Notes under the pieces: model-generated
What the model was told of the DNA's origin: nothing
Database searches by the model: none
The model's input: the letters and a program-made list of their open reading frames with translations, nothing else
Program-made: the position numbers and the translations under genes
Shown here: positions 51,000 to 62,942 of the stretch, piece by piece
Position numbering within the stretch: position 1 is the first letter of the stretch
How the letters are laid out: each line of letters begins with the position of its first letter
Assembly (NCBI RefSeq): GCF_036321535.1
Contig: NC_087437.1
Location: 6,324,001 to 6,388,000, forward strand
Reading direction: 5' to 3'
Length of the DNA: 64,000 bases
From: Camelus dromedarius
Lineage: Eukaryota

Positions 51000-51205
51000 T
51001 AACACACAGTACTTATCACCGGACCAGCTCTAAGAACTTCTACACTGCACCACCGTCCTATGAAGTGGGTACCACTACTATCCTTGTTTTACAGATGAAT
51101 AGTTTGTGGCACAAAGAGGTTGAGAAATTTGCCCAAGGATACACAAACAGCAAGTCGCGAGGCCAGAATTTCAACCCCATCTGCTCAAGTCTGTCACTTC
51201 ACTGC
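51000..51205 (-). mobile_element. MIR SINE
   Basis: 'ttttacagatgaa...ggcacaaagaggttgagaaatttgcccaagg'. Confidence 0.75.
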
Positions 51206-52319
51206 TATCCCCCCTGCAAAGAAAATATGAAGTATTCATACCCCTACATAGGTCTCTTTCTAGAGAGGCAGAAATGAGAACATTAAAAACCTTCCAGCGA
51301 ACGCTGGGATGAGTACTACCAACCTCCACCCCTGGGCCTTTCCTCCTATGGTGATGGCTGACCACGCCACTCCCCACCCGGAGCGGACCCGTTCTTTCCT
51401 GAGCTGCATCAACACAGTCAATCAGACAGTGGCTGAGGCTTGCAAGCCCATCAGTCATTCTGCCTCTTCAGAAACTTTGCATCTAGGCTCTGCTCCTCCC
51501 TGGGTAGAGTTTTAAAGTTTAACTCTCAAAGCCTATCTTATTACCAGGTGCTTGGGTAAAGCCTTTCTGCAATTCCAAGTCATTTCCAACAACAAAAACA
51601 ATATTCAGCAACTTTTAGTATTGGAAGTTCAGCTATTTTATACAAAAACATAGAAATACTTACGTAGATTTCTACGGTTACACTACTAAAGTTCAGACAT
51701 TTCATGTCGTACTATGTGTACTAGTGCATACACTGTCTACACGCAAAAGTATGAAGTTCACTCTGTCCTCAAGTAGCTCAAAGCCTAGTGGAGGGAAGTT
51801 AAGTTTAGCAGAAATCACAAGTGCTCTTAGTAAAACAGCTCGACAGCAGTGTGATAATCGAGAAGAGGGAAATCATCACAGGATGGGATACAGCTTCAGG
51901 GTGAACAGGACAAGGGGTGAAGGACATTAAAACAGAGTGGAACACACCTATCAATGCCAAGAAGTGAAAGAGAAAACAGAAGACTTCCAGCCAAGGAAAA
52001 GGCAAGCTGTTCGGAATTACTAGACTGCAGGAAGCAAGAAGTTCAAACCATTAAGGAATTTATAACCTTTGTCATGTCTGATATCAGAAACAGTTACAGT
52101 CTTAGGACAAGAGAAATCCTCAACCAAGGAGTATCAAAATTTCAGGGACAGAAATGTTTTTAAAACAGCTACACCTGATTCAGATTTACCCACCCTTGGG
52201 ATGCAAATGTTCCCTGCCCTAAGAATCACCACTGTAGGAGAAGGGAGGGGAACTTTTAACAAGAACAGCAACACAGTAAGATTTGGCATCAAGAAAGACA
52301 ATGCTGACATTACACACTA

Positions 52320-52640
52320 CACAGCCCTACCTTGGAATACTATGAAGCTCTAAAATTAAGATGAGAGGAGCTATGTGTTCAAATGGAAAGCTGCTATGAT
52401 ATCCTATTAAGTTAAAAAAAAAAAAAGCAAAGTGAAGAACAATTCTGGCTTGGGGAGTCCAAATAACAGATAAACAGGGTCCAAATCAGGATACAGAGAA
52501 CTGATTTCAGAGATAAGCATCAGGGGAAGACTTATCAGATGTAGTGATGAAGGCAAAGAAGATATCTAGAATGCCCTGATTGTTTTCAAACCCTTAAAGA
52601 GGTAAGTAGGTTCCTCATTTATTGTTATGTTTATCAAATT
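52320..52640 (+). mobile_element. L1ME-type 3' fragment
   Basis: 'tggaatactatgaagc...atgatatcctattaagttaaaaaa..gcaa'. Confidence 0.55.
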
Positions 52641-53339
52641 GTTTAGTTAAAACTGATCAGATTTATCACAAAATAGCAAAATTAATGACATTTGCAATAA
52701 TGCATTTTTGACACAGGAAGGAGCAAAAGAAAAGTAAAAACAGTGAAAGAACTGGCAGAAAAACACAGCTTTCACCCTTAAGGAAATCTGTGTACAAATA
52801 CTACCATCTCAGGACAGACAATCCAAATCTAAAATCCACGTCTGCTCCAATATCGCCTTAGGAGCTGTTTTATTTACGTACCACTATTTTCAGTATTTCC
52901 TAACTTAAATCCAGGGAAAGATCTTTCTGCCATGAATTTATAACTCTTCATTTTTAATGCTGATCCTCAATTGTTCAAACTTAACAATTCAACGTAAGTA
53001 AATTGCACAATTTTTAAAAGTGAAACTTAGGACACATAGCAGGGCAACTGCTGAGGACCATGGCTCCAAAGAACCGCACTGACTTCTTCTGGGGGAAGAG
53101 ACAAATAGTAGGGATAATATATGACATTCCCTGAGGAAATGTCACTAACATTTCTTTAATAATGCAATCTCCTTACACTTCACCCGGACCAGGTAACATT
53201 TATTACCCCCAATATACAAAGTTATTTTTCCAGTCTCTACTTAACAAGAAAAGCTAAAAGAACTGTAAATACTTAACTAGTATTTCTTTCCATAATAAAA
53301 TTTTAATTTCTGTGTTTCTGTAAATAGGAGAATAAATTA

Positions 53340-53685
53340 AAACCCATATGGACATAGGGTCTACACGGGGCCAATCAAACTAAAGGAAAGAACTTTTAGT
53401 CTGTGATGCAGGGAAATGCCTCTGCTTTCTCTCTCTGCTGGAACTAAAGGATGTTTGTTCCTCTAGCTGCTGAGTGGCAGCCGCCCTGGGATCACGAAGG
53501 AAAGCTGAAGACAAAGGGAGAGAAACAGATAAATCGAGCTGGTGACTTGTCCACACACTGGAGACCCAACCCTGGAGCCTCCCCTACTGCTGGAATTTCC
53601 ATTATGGTAGAAAATAAACTTCATTTGGAATGAGACAGATTATTCGGGGTTCCTGCCATTCAAAGGTGAAATCACCATAATTTTA
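53340..53685 (+). mobile_element. Old MaLR LTR (MLT1J/K/L-like)
   Basis: 'gggccaatca', 'ctagctgctgagtggcagcc', 'aaaataaacttc', 'ggggttcctgccatt'. Confidence 0.6.
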
Positions 53686-54597
53686 AGTATTTTTAATTAG
53701 TCTCTCAAAAATAAGTACCTATGTGAAAGCTGTTTGAAACGAGGAAACGACTCTTCACGTTTTATAAACAAATTACAATTTTAGAAGTATAATGTAAGCT
53801 TTCTTAAATCAATTAAGAATTCAACCACAAAAATATAAATGACCAGCTAACAGGCAAATAAATAATGGGTACAGGCTAGTTTTACTTGATTGCATAAAAC
53901 TGTTTACAATACATTTCTCAATAAAGAAAAATTGAATTATAACCCAAGGGTGGCTTAATTTGTACAAATTTTGAATAATGTCACATATATTTCCAAAACA
54001 GATGCTTAGAGACTCTACAAGGACACTTGGCTCAGTCAGAAGCCAGATTACAGTTCCATCTGGAACCTAATGGCTCCATGGTTCCATGACAATTACCTAA
54101 GTCACCCAAGTCAGCCTTAATGGTCACACGTCACAGGGTCTCCTTGTAGGTAGACATCTTGCCCCTAAACTAGAAAGTCAGGTCCTAGAAATAATTCTGT
54201 GCACGTGCACACACACACACGCACACACACACAAGAATCTAGGCATCCAAATGCTGACATATTTTTTCAATGACACTGAACTTTTTTTCACTGGTTATTC
54301 ATTAGCATCTTCTGTTTTGGGGCACAGTTGCTGGGATTTTGTGTCATCACCTCTGCTTGACATGGAAAGGACCACGTTCACCTCCCCCTTCAATCAGCTT
54401 CCAGAGAAACTCAGAAACATAGAATCGTCTCTTACATGTTTTTCTTTCTCAGGTCCTATCACAGGAGTCGTGTCTTATCAAATCAGAAAAACTGAGTGAG
54501 GATTTTATCTCCTAATTCCCATGTCTAGAGGTTGTCACGAAGCCAGAGAATTTTAGAGCAGAAAGATATGGGGAGTATCCAAAGACCAGCATCCAGA

Positions 54598-55055
54598 CCA
54601 GTGCTACTCAGAGCAAGGTCTGTGGTCCACGGCCAGAACACGCATTGTCTGTTCAAAGCGCTGTGTACCTCACAGAGTAATAAGCTTGTGTTTTATGTCT
54701 TTGGGTTTTTGGTAGGGGCCCAAATGAGCAGGCTGAGTTCCACCTGAAAATGTTTGTTGACCTACCAAGTTTTGTTTTGTTTTTATATGAATGTCTTTAG
54801 ATACCCAGGCCCTCTGATTTGCTTAATTGGCAAGGTATTTGCATCTCTGTCTGGTCAGCCCTAGAAGGCATTTGAGTGTCCAGTTCATGACATCAGTGTT
54901 TCACAAACTGCGAGAAATACCCCTTTGTGAGTAATGAAAGTAATTTAGTAAGTTGCATACAGCAGGGCTTTTTTCTAATAATCTGGCATTGCACAGCATG
55001 GTATGGCATGTAATACAAAAAGTAGAACACAGGGTGTGTGTATGTATATGTATGT

Positions 55056-55112
<57 letters not shown>

Positions 55113-55218
55113 GTGCAGGTAGACAGACACAAACATATATCTGTACATGAGCAGTGTGCATGTAAGTCCTAGGTTATGATTTCAATTTTCTTACTGTGGC
55201 TGAAGGACAAAGTCACTG
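54598..55218. mobile_element. Two adjacent hAT-Charlie relics (MER102-like, then MER112-like)
   Basis: 'cagccctagaaggcatttgagt' ends the first; the second runs 'cagtgtttcacaaactgc...ttcttactgtgg...cactg'. Subfamily calls are tentative. Confidence 0.5.
55034..55109. repeat. (TG)n microsatellite
   Basis: Long pure TG run with a TATG-interrupted left flank. Confidence 0.97.
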
Positions 55219-55419
55219 AGTGATCAGCACTGTATCTGACCAGTATCTTCATTTTACAGACACAGATGCTGAGACCTGAGGTCACATCAGCTGGCAACAG
55301 TTCCTGCTCTTCTCATGTTCCCGACTGTGAGTGTGAGTGCAGGCCAACGTCTGCAATACCAAAAAATAGAAAATACAGAATATGTGCCTAAAAGCTAACA
55401 TTTACAAATCCAAAATTGA

Positions 55420-56300
55420 TTAAATTTTATATCTAAAAAATTTGAATACTAAAAGTGAAAAAAATATGTAAAACAAGAATACATTTGATTAAATAAAAAT
55501 TTTAAATGGCTATATGGTCCAAAAATAAAACAAAAAAACAAAGGAATACCTCAACTCAGTAGTTTAAAAAATATATACACATGAAATACAGAAAAAAATA
55601 CCACCAATATGCCAGAAAAGGGTCTACCTTCCTAATATATAATTTAGTACTTAAATATGAGAGAAACAATTGAATAACAGACAAAAGATAATACAGAGAA
55701 AAGTATAAAATAAATACAAATGCTCAATAGCATTAAGCATACATTAAAACGAGATACTACTTTACACCTATAAAATTAGCAAAGATGTTTTCTTTTTAAG
55801 TATTAATACCTGCTATGGACTTGGAAAAAAAACAGGCTTCTCAAAATCGCTGATGGGAGTGAAACATATAAGTTGTGGCAGTTAAGATTCAGAAGCTTTG
55901 ACAATGTGACTACCCTTTTATCCTGCAATTCTACTTTCAGTATTTATCCTATGGAAGTAATGAGGGATGCATACAAACACTATCAAAAGTACTTTGAATG
56001 CAGAATTATATTTAATAGTGAAAATTTCCAATAACCCACATAATCATCAGTGAGAACAGAATGTTAAGTAACGATTAAAAGAGAAGATGTAGATTGCTAT
56101 TTCTTGCCCATAATATACTATTAACATGAAAAACAGTAATAGATGTATAAGAGCATATATGTATATTTTTAAAATTTAAATACATTTAATCCCTCTGTAC
56201 TAATACATAATAACCCAATATTTTTAGAATAAACTAAGTTGCATTGTTACACAGAATTTTCTAACATGACTACTTTCTTTAAACAAGAATAACAAAAACC
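55420..56300 (+). mobile_element. Old L1ME fragment
   Basis: 'gagatactactttacacctataaaattagcaaag', 'gctgatgggagtg', 'gcaattctacttt'. Confidence 0.7.
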
Positions 56301-58314
56301 ATCACAAAGACGAGAAAGAAAAAAGAAGAAATGGAGGGAAGAAGGGAGAGAAGGAAAGAAGAAAAAGAGGCAGACAGACCGGCAGGCAAACAGGGCTAAG
56401 TGTAAGAAAACACGACTATAAAGTCAAGCTCTCCAGAGTCACTCATCTCCTGAAATCACCAAAGCTCGCAGTAACTTTAGAAAGGAAGTGTTGTGGCAAG
56501 GAAAACCCAGCCCCGATAGCAGTCCTCAAAGCAGGCGTTAGCCACAGACGTCATTTCCACTCTGTGTGCACCCTGTGACAACGAAGCATGGCTCATAAAA
56601 GGCCCTGCCCCTCGCCCTGGGACTGACCTGGAAAAGCCAGGAGTCCAAGGCCCCACGGGAGGCAGTGAGAGCGCCACCAGCAGCCAGAGGAGCTCAACTG
56701 CAAGTGACAAGAGAAATGGCCAGTGCCACGGGCCCAGGGCCACAGAGGAGCCTGCCCTGCACACAAGGAAAATGAACTCCTCCTGGGAGGGGTGAGGAGG
56801 CTGCGGTGCTAGGTCTTGGTTCTACCCTCAAAAGGACCATTATGCTCCCTGCAGACACGGGGATGGATCTTCAGCCGTCTGGCATAGCAACTGCAGTACA
56901 CAGTCATCGCTGAGTACTTCAGCCCCATGCCCCGCACATCTCTTTCAGCACATGCACATGATGTGGTAAAAACAACTTTAAGTACCACTCCATGTCACAA
57001 AGATCTCAATTTAAAAATTAGAATGTAAAACCTCAACTACCCTTAACACTCACATACATAAAATAATTCATTTTCCCAGTTCACTGACTTTCTCTATTAC
57101 AAAGACATATATCATACAGGCAGTCCTTAACCATGCAATGAGACCAAAGACGTTTCCTGAACACTGGATCAATGCTTTTCCTTCACCGAGACATGCAAAT
57201 CAAAGTGTCAAAGGACTAAGTATTCTCTTCATAAAAGAGTAATCTCTAAGAAAGTAAAGGGCTATCACATACTCATATAGGTGTTCAGAAGAGTTCAGTC
57301 ATACAGCTTTCCCTCCAATAGCATTCATAGTCTATAAATATGGGGCAGGGTTAGGGACCTGGGGGGAGGAATCAGATGTGAATCACAGAACATCTTACTT
57401 TGGAAGGCAGGACACGTCATGGTGCCATGATATGCTCAGGTCCTGGGGCTGGGTAAGAGTTCTGGTGTCCACAGGTGCATGGGTAACAGACTCGAAGACA
57501 CCTTTCTACTGGGAGGGTTCCATTTCACATTTAAGAATGATGACACTCTCAAAGACAAATTCTCATTTCAAAATTTTTCCACGGAATAGCCTTATATACA
57601 ACCTCTCAAAACAAAACAAAACAGAACAAACAAAATCTTTCTACAATTTAGCTAAAAAGAAGTCAATATGGCATATGTGATAAATGGAAAATTTAACCAC
57701 TATTTAAAACATTGCCTGTGTGATAAAAATCCACTCAAAATATTAACCAATCAACTCACCATAAATTTAAAATATAATCCACAATTCCTAATTCACAAGT
57801 ATCATTTTCCAAAATATTTCACTTAACAAATATTCACTAATCAACAGTAACATAAAAACCAAAACCTCTGGGCAGAATTCCTGATTCTACTACCTATTAT
57901 TTATGTGACACTAAGAAAATCATGCATTAAGTTTCCTCCGAAAGAAAACAATGATGTTTAGGTATACCAAATATAATATATAAAGTAGCACATAAGTACA
58001 CTTTTTATAATCAGGCTGAATAGTGAACATCATTTTTAACAAAGTAGCACTACTCACTTGCATAAAGAAAGTTAAATTTTACAAGAAAATTATAGATGCT
58101 GGTGGTATTGGTACAAATACTTCTTGCTTCTTTTCAACACTAGACTGCGAGAGAGAGAGAATTTGTTCATCAAAAAAAAAATGATGTATAATAAGACACC
58201 ACTCTAAACAAAACAAACACATTGAAGAACAACAATAACAAAAACAAAAAACAAAAAAGCAAACAAAAAAACCAATGCAATGGCCAAAGCTAAAATAATA
58301 GAACACTACCACGG

Positions 58315-58720
58315 ACCAGTTAGGGGTCTTGATTATAAACAACAGACACATTCTGGTTACTAAGTCAAAAGGAGTTTATTGGCTGGGTATTAGGTAGCTC
58401 AAAAAACAAAACAAAACTGAGCCAAGGTTGGAGAACCAGGCTTGGACTGGAACCACGGCAGGCAGATCACAGTCCTGCCTCCACCACCTAGAATGACATA
58501 GCCTGCAACGTGTGGTACTACATCAAGAGTCACTGGCCAGGAAGGCTCACCTCATCGGCAGATCGCATGCCCATGATCTCTCTAGGTACCACGGTGCAGC
58601 CCTCAAGCATGCAGAAGGACCACATGGCAGCCTTTAAACCTCTTTCATGAAGAGAAGTGAGGGGCAGCGCCTCCTCATCCTTAAACTAGAAAGGGGATTA
58701 GGTAAGGCCCAAAGCAGCTA
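58315..58720 (-). mobile_element. Old MaLR LTR (MLT1L/N-like)
   Basis: 'cagttaggggtcttgattataaacaacagacac..tctggttact.aag.caaaaggagtttattgg' is the antisense MLT1 3' end. Confidence 0.6.
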
Positions 58721-58829
58721 AAACCATACACATTCTCCTCTAAGATCCAGTTTTGATAGTGGACAGACCTGAAGTGCCTGTACTTGGACACAGTACCTTG
58801 CTCTTATCTATAAAACTTTACAAACTGGA

Positions 58830-59420
58830 AGTTCATAAAAATTGGTTGAAATCTCTTTATTAGATTTGCTTGTTATAACTTCCAGTCTATTTTCAAGGCA
58901 AAAATGTACTCTTTCTAAAGTGGTTCTATCAACCAATACAAGACTGAGTAATTTAGATGGGGTCTAGCAAGTTTCTTAATACACTATAAGTATTGCCTCT
59001 TGCTTTATATTCTATTCGTCTGCTAATTTGGTTTCTTGCTTGCCTTTTTTGCTGCAGCTGTGCACCGGGTTAACTGTTTCAATGGTTTTCCTACAATAAC
59101 CCACAAATTTTTTCCTGATCAGTGTGCTGTATGATTGGTTCTTTGTTCCTAAGATAATTATTTTACATTTGTCTACACTGAACTGCATTTGCCATCTGCT
59201 GGCCCAATCACCTAAACAATCCAAATCTTTTTGAATCTGATTGCATTGTTCCTCATTATTTCCTCTAGCTCCAATTTTAGGATCATCTGCAAACTCTGAG
59301 ATCTTTTCTTTAAAACTTGGACACATTTTATTTTAATATAGAGGGTTTTTCTTTTTCAAGTGACCCTTTAGACACTCCAGCTGAAATCTTCTTCCAACTA
59401 GAAAAGTTTCCATAAAGCTT
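58830..59420 (-). mobile_element. CR1/L3 LINE reverse-transcriptase relic
   Basis: Collinear CR1 ORF2 peptides across frames: YGNFSSWKKISAGVSKGS (59414-59361), ISEFADDPKIG..QIQKDLDCLGDWASRWQMQFSVDKCKIIILGTKN (ORF 59012-59326), CTAAAKKASK (59064-59035) and RPHLNYSVLYW (58965-58933). Confidence 0.93.
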
Positions 59421-60559
59421 ATCCAAGGATACCTTCCAATTATATAGTCAAAGCACTGCTAGAAACAAAGCGAACTAGAACCTATTCTATTTCCACTTTC
59501 CTTACGTTGCCATACTTTAAAAAGTGCTATGTCTTCTAAGTTCCTGACTTCAAAGCATAAATATTTTGAAGAAATGCAAACATTCTATTTTTTAATATAA
59601 ATTCATGGTACTCTTTTGTAATGACTTTTCTAAAGTATATATGGCAAAGTCTTCAACAACTTCCTGCATATAAGGCATTTAATTTATTTATTCAAAAAAT
59701 ATTTGAGCACACATTAGTTATGCACGTTAGAGACACTGTCATCTTATAACCTTGGTCCAATTATTTACGTTCCAAAACTTCAGTTTCCTCCTGACAAGAA
59801 GATAAGTTCTAATCAGCTCTAGCATTATCAATTCCCTTTCATCAGACTACCATGCTAGATCTACCATTTCTAAAATTTTTCTTCTTCAAATTTCCCATGC
59901 TCCTCTTCATTATAAACCTTCCAATAAGTTAATATTTCCTTTGTAGTTTTTAATACTTTAATATTATATACAGATACCTATCTAGTAAAATTTACCCTTC
60001 AGATTAGATTTACTTGACAAATCTGAGCATAGTACATCTTCATTAATTAGTTATGACACAGGGGACCGGGTACAACGTCAGACCAAGGAAGAAGTATTAG
60101 CACCATAATCCTGAATGACTTCTTAGTATTTCCACAAAAGCCTTACTCATATAACCCATTAAACTTATAAAAACTGCATTGATATATTTGCTGCCATTTG
60201 GCTATTTCAAGTGGTAGATACAAGAAAGAAAATGAATTTAAGGTTTACTTTCATTTATGCATTCAACAATCCGTGAATGTTATAAGAATGTAAAGAGAAA
60301 TGTAAGACAGTGCTTGCCCTAGAGAAGTCTGAGTAAGATAAAAGCAGCTACAAGGTATCATAACAGAGGTACAGTCACATGCAGTTAGGAAGGAGAATTT
60401 ACTTTCAGCTACTGGATGAGAATCTTTGTGAAGGGGATCCATTTGAACTCTGTCAAATACTACGATGTCTTTTAAAAACAAATATACTAAACTATAATAA
60501 TATCACAGAAAAGATGAATTTAAAACACTAAGCAGTCAAAGAGGAAAAAAAAAAAAAAA

Positions 60560-60690
60560 AACCTCAAAACGAAAAGGGGGAAAGGAAAGGGTTTGCTGGT
60601 TGTTTCCGTGGGGTGGGATCATGTGTGTTTTTTATTTTTCAATTTTTATGTAATGAATATATATTGTTCTAATAATAAAAAAGACACCAT
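60560..60690 (+). mobile_element. L1ME-type terminal fragment
   Basis: 'ggggtgggatcatgtgtgtttttt...taatgaatatatattg...taataataaaaaa'. Confidence 0.5.
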
Positions 60691-61759
60691 AAAGTGTTTT
60701 TCTATTAAATTTTTAAAGCCATGCTTTGAACAATAATTGAACACTATTAAATGAAATGCTAAGTCAAAACACTTGAACTTGTAACAGAAAAATTAAGTAA
60801 CAAGTATTTTATTTATATATTAAACAATACATACAGGATCTAAAGGACACATAAAAGAATTCACAATTAAGCCCCTCTTTTTGAAAGAACTACTGATTTT
60901 AGATGGAATGTCTTCTTATAAGCTAGGCCTGAAAATCCATTAAGAAAAATTATTTCGAAATAGTGAATCTATTAGATCAGGTCTTTAATCTAGGTTTGTG
61001 GGACAACTTTTTAATAACTAATTAGTCCGAATTTTTTTTCCAAATACTTAAGAAATGACACTAAGTTGTCTCTGGGGATATTTTATTTATATTTTAAGTA
61101 ATATAAAAGCATTTAATAAAACTGTAACAAACAACCACTGACTTTTATTTCAATCTCTTATTCACTAAAACCTTGCCATTGGGGTAATATTCTATTATAA
61201 ATAAAGAAAGCCTTTGACTAATTGTGTTAAACTGCATTAGAAGTCACAACATTCCACATGTTATTTAAATCTACCTATAATCTGACAAAGGCATTTCAAT
61301 GAAAAACTACATGTATTTAAATCTCCCCGTGATTCACAGCACAGGAAAAGACAAGTGTATGAGGAGGAAATAAAAGGGCTTGTTACCAGAGGCTCAACAG
61401 TAAGAGATAATTTCAGTAAACATTTACACATTTTAATAGCTGCTTAGCTTTTCAAGATTCTAGTTTGACTTTCTTATTTTTTTTTATTTTTTGCCCTATA
61501 CCACAGACTATATTTAAATTAGTAGCATCCCATCATGACCCGATCCAAGCCCAACTAAAACTCATCTGAGGTGTATTATGAACTATATAGGATTACTAAA
61601 ATAACGAATAATTCCATTTCACCTAGTCTTTAATCTCCCTAAAGGATGAAATTTTACTGATATTATCCTATTAATACTCCTTCATAGACTCTTACTAGTA
61701 TTCGATTGGATGCAGCTAGAAAGAAAACCTCTCGATCAAAACACATTCTGCCAAGGGCA

Positions 61760-61945
61760 TTAAGAAAAGGTTATGAACTGGTTTTCACAGGCCACATCCA
61801 GTGGGCAAATAATTCATCCTGAATCAACTGTGAAGATTTAAAAAACTGGACATTTCACATAAAAATCTAGATTTTTAATTCCCTCCCACCCCACCCCCCC
61901 AGAAAAAAATCAATAGATCTAGCAACTCTCGGCTCACTTGTGGAA
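61760..61945. mobile_element. hAT-Charlie relic (MER102-like)
   Basis: 'atttcacataaaaatctagattt...aaaaatc..tagatctagcaac'. Confidence 0.5.
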
Positions 61946-62044
61946 AAGTTCACCAGTTGCCTGAGATCCCCCTCACCCACTTCCTTCCACACTCTGTACT
62001 GCGTAACCACACAACAGAGTGCAGGGACTAAGGTCTGCGGCCCC

Positions 62045-62260
62045 TAAGGAGAGTGCAGAGGCAGTGAGATCCTGATTCAAATCCCAGCTCCTCCCGCTCC
62101 AAGCTGCTTAACCAGGACAAGTGGTTTAGCCTCTTTAAGCCTCAATTTCTCCAACATAACAAAGAATATAATAATGGTTAATTATCAGCGGTTGAAAGTG
62201 AAATAATGCATTACAATATCAAACCCAAAACTAAATGTTCAATAAATGATAGTTATAATT
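62045..62260 (+). mobile_element. MIR SINE
   Basis: 'ttcaaatcccagctc...gcctcaatttctcc...tgttcaataaatgatagtta'. Confidence 0.75.
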
Positions 62261-62369
62261 GCAGTATTTGGATTGAAATTCTAAACCTAATTAAGATTTA
62301 TCATAAACACTACACTCCTTCCAAAAACTCTTAACAGAAAAGTGAAATCACTATTGCCTTACCACTCCA

Positions 62370-62505
62370 TACGGGTCCTTTGTAAAACAAGGATGGTAAC
62401 AGTAAGCACCTCATAGGGCAGCTGTATTAAAAGACATGTAAAATGCTTACACTGGCATATGGCACATACTAAGCCCTCCACTAAGAAAATAATTAGTTAT
62501 AACTT
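62370..62505 (+). mobile_element. MIR 3' half
   Basis: 'tgtaaaacaaggatggtaacagtaagcacctcataggg...tggcacatactaagc'. Confidence 0.65.
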
Positions 62506-62896
62506 ATAGGCATAGTGGTTGCTCTTGTTCTCCAAGCACAGGTACACATGAGCTTAATAAATGTCTATGAGGAGAAATAAGTGAGTAAAAATGTGACTGA
62601 ATAAAGAATACAAGACAGTTATCAAGACTGTTTCTTTGTACAGAATCTTAAAGAGTCCCCTCAAATACCCCATATTTTTATGTTAAAGCTGAAAATGTCA
62701 GTGAAAACAAAGTTACTCTGATGTGTAAACAGGCTTCATATTCTGCGCTTGAGCGTAGTTATTAAACTCTGATGGAAACAAAAGAACTGACCATAATTCC
62801 AAGCATGAACTGGGCACAGTATATGATGTTCACACCTATTTCTGAAGGCGTTCTAGAGCAGCTGTACCACACAACGCTACAACCAGCCAAACTCAC

Positions 62897-62942
62897 CTAA
62901 GCTCTCTCAAGTTCTTTTTCGTGCCTCCAAGGATCTCAGCAG
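62897..62942 (-). other. Candidate 46-bp exon
   Basis: Minus strand reads ttcctctctgccctggtcttgcactcag|CTGCTG...GCTTAG|gtgagt, with a good acceptor and a consensus donor in unique sequence. Confidence 0.35.

Noticed and set aside
54893..55161. THTH/CVCV repeat ORFs
   Set aside because: Translations of the (TG)n microsatellite.
59012..59326. 104-aa ORF as a functional reverse transcriptase or retron-like gene
   Set aside because: Only about 60 aa are in the CR1 frame, and the upstream RT motifs are frameshifted or deleted, so no enzyme can be encoded. Kept only as a relic.
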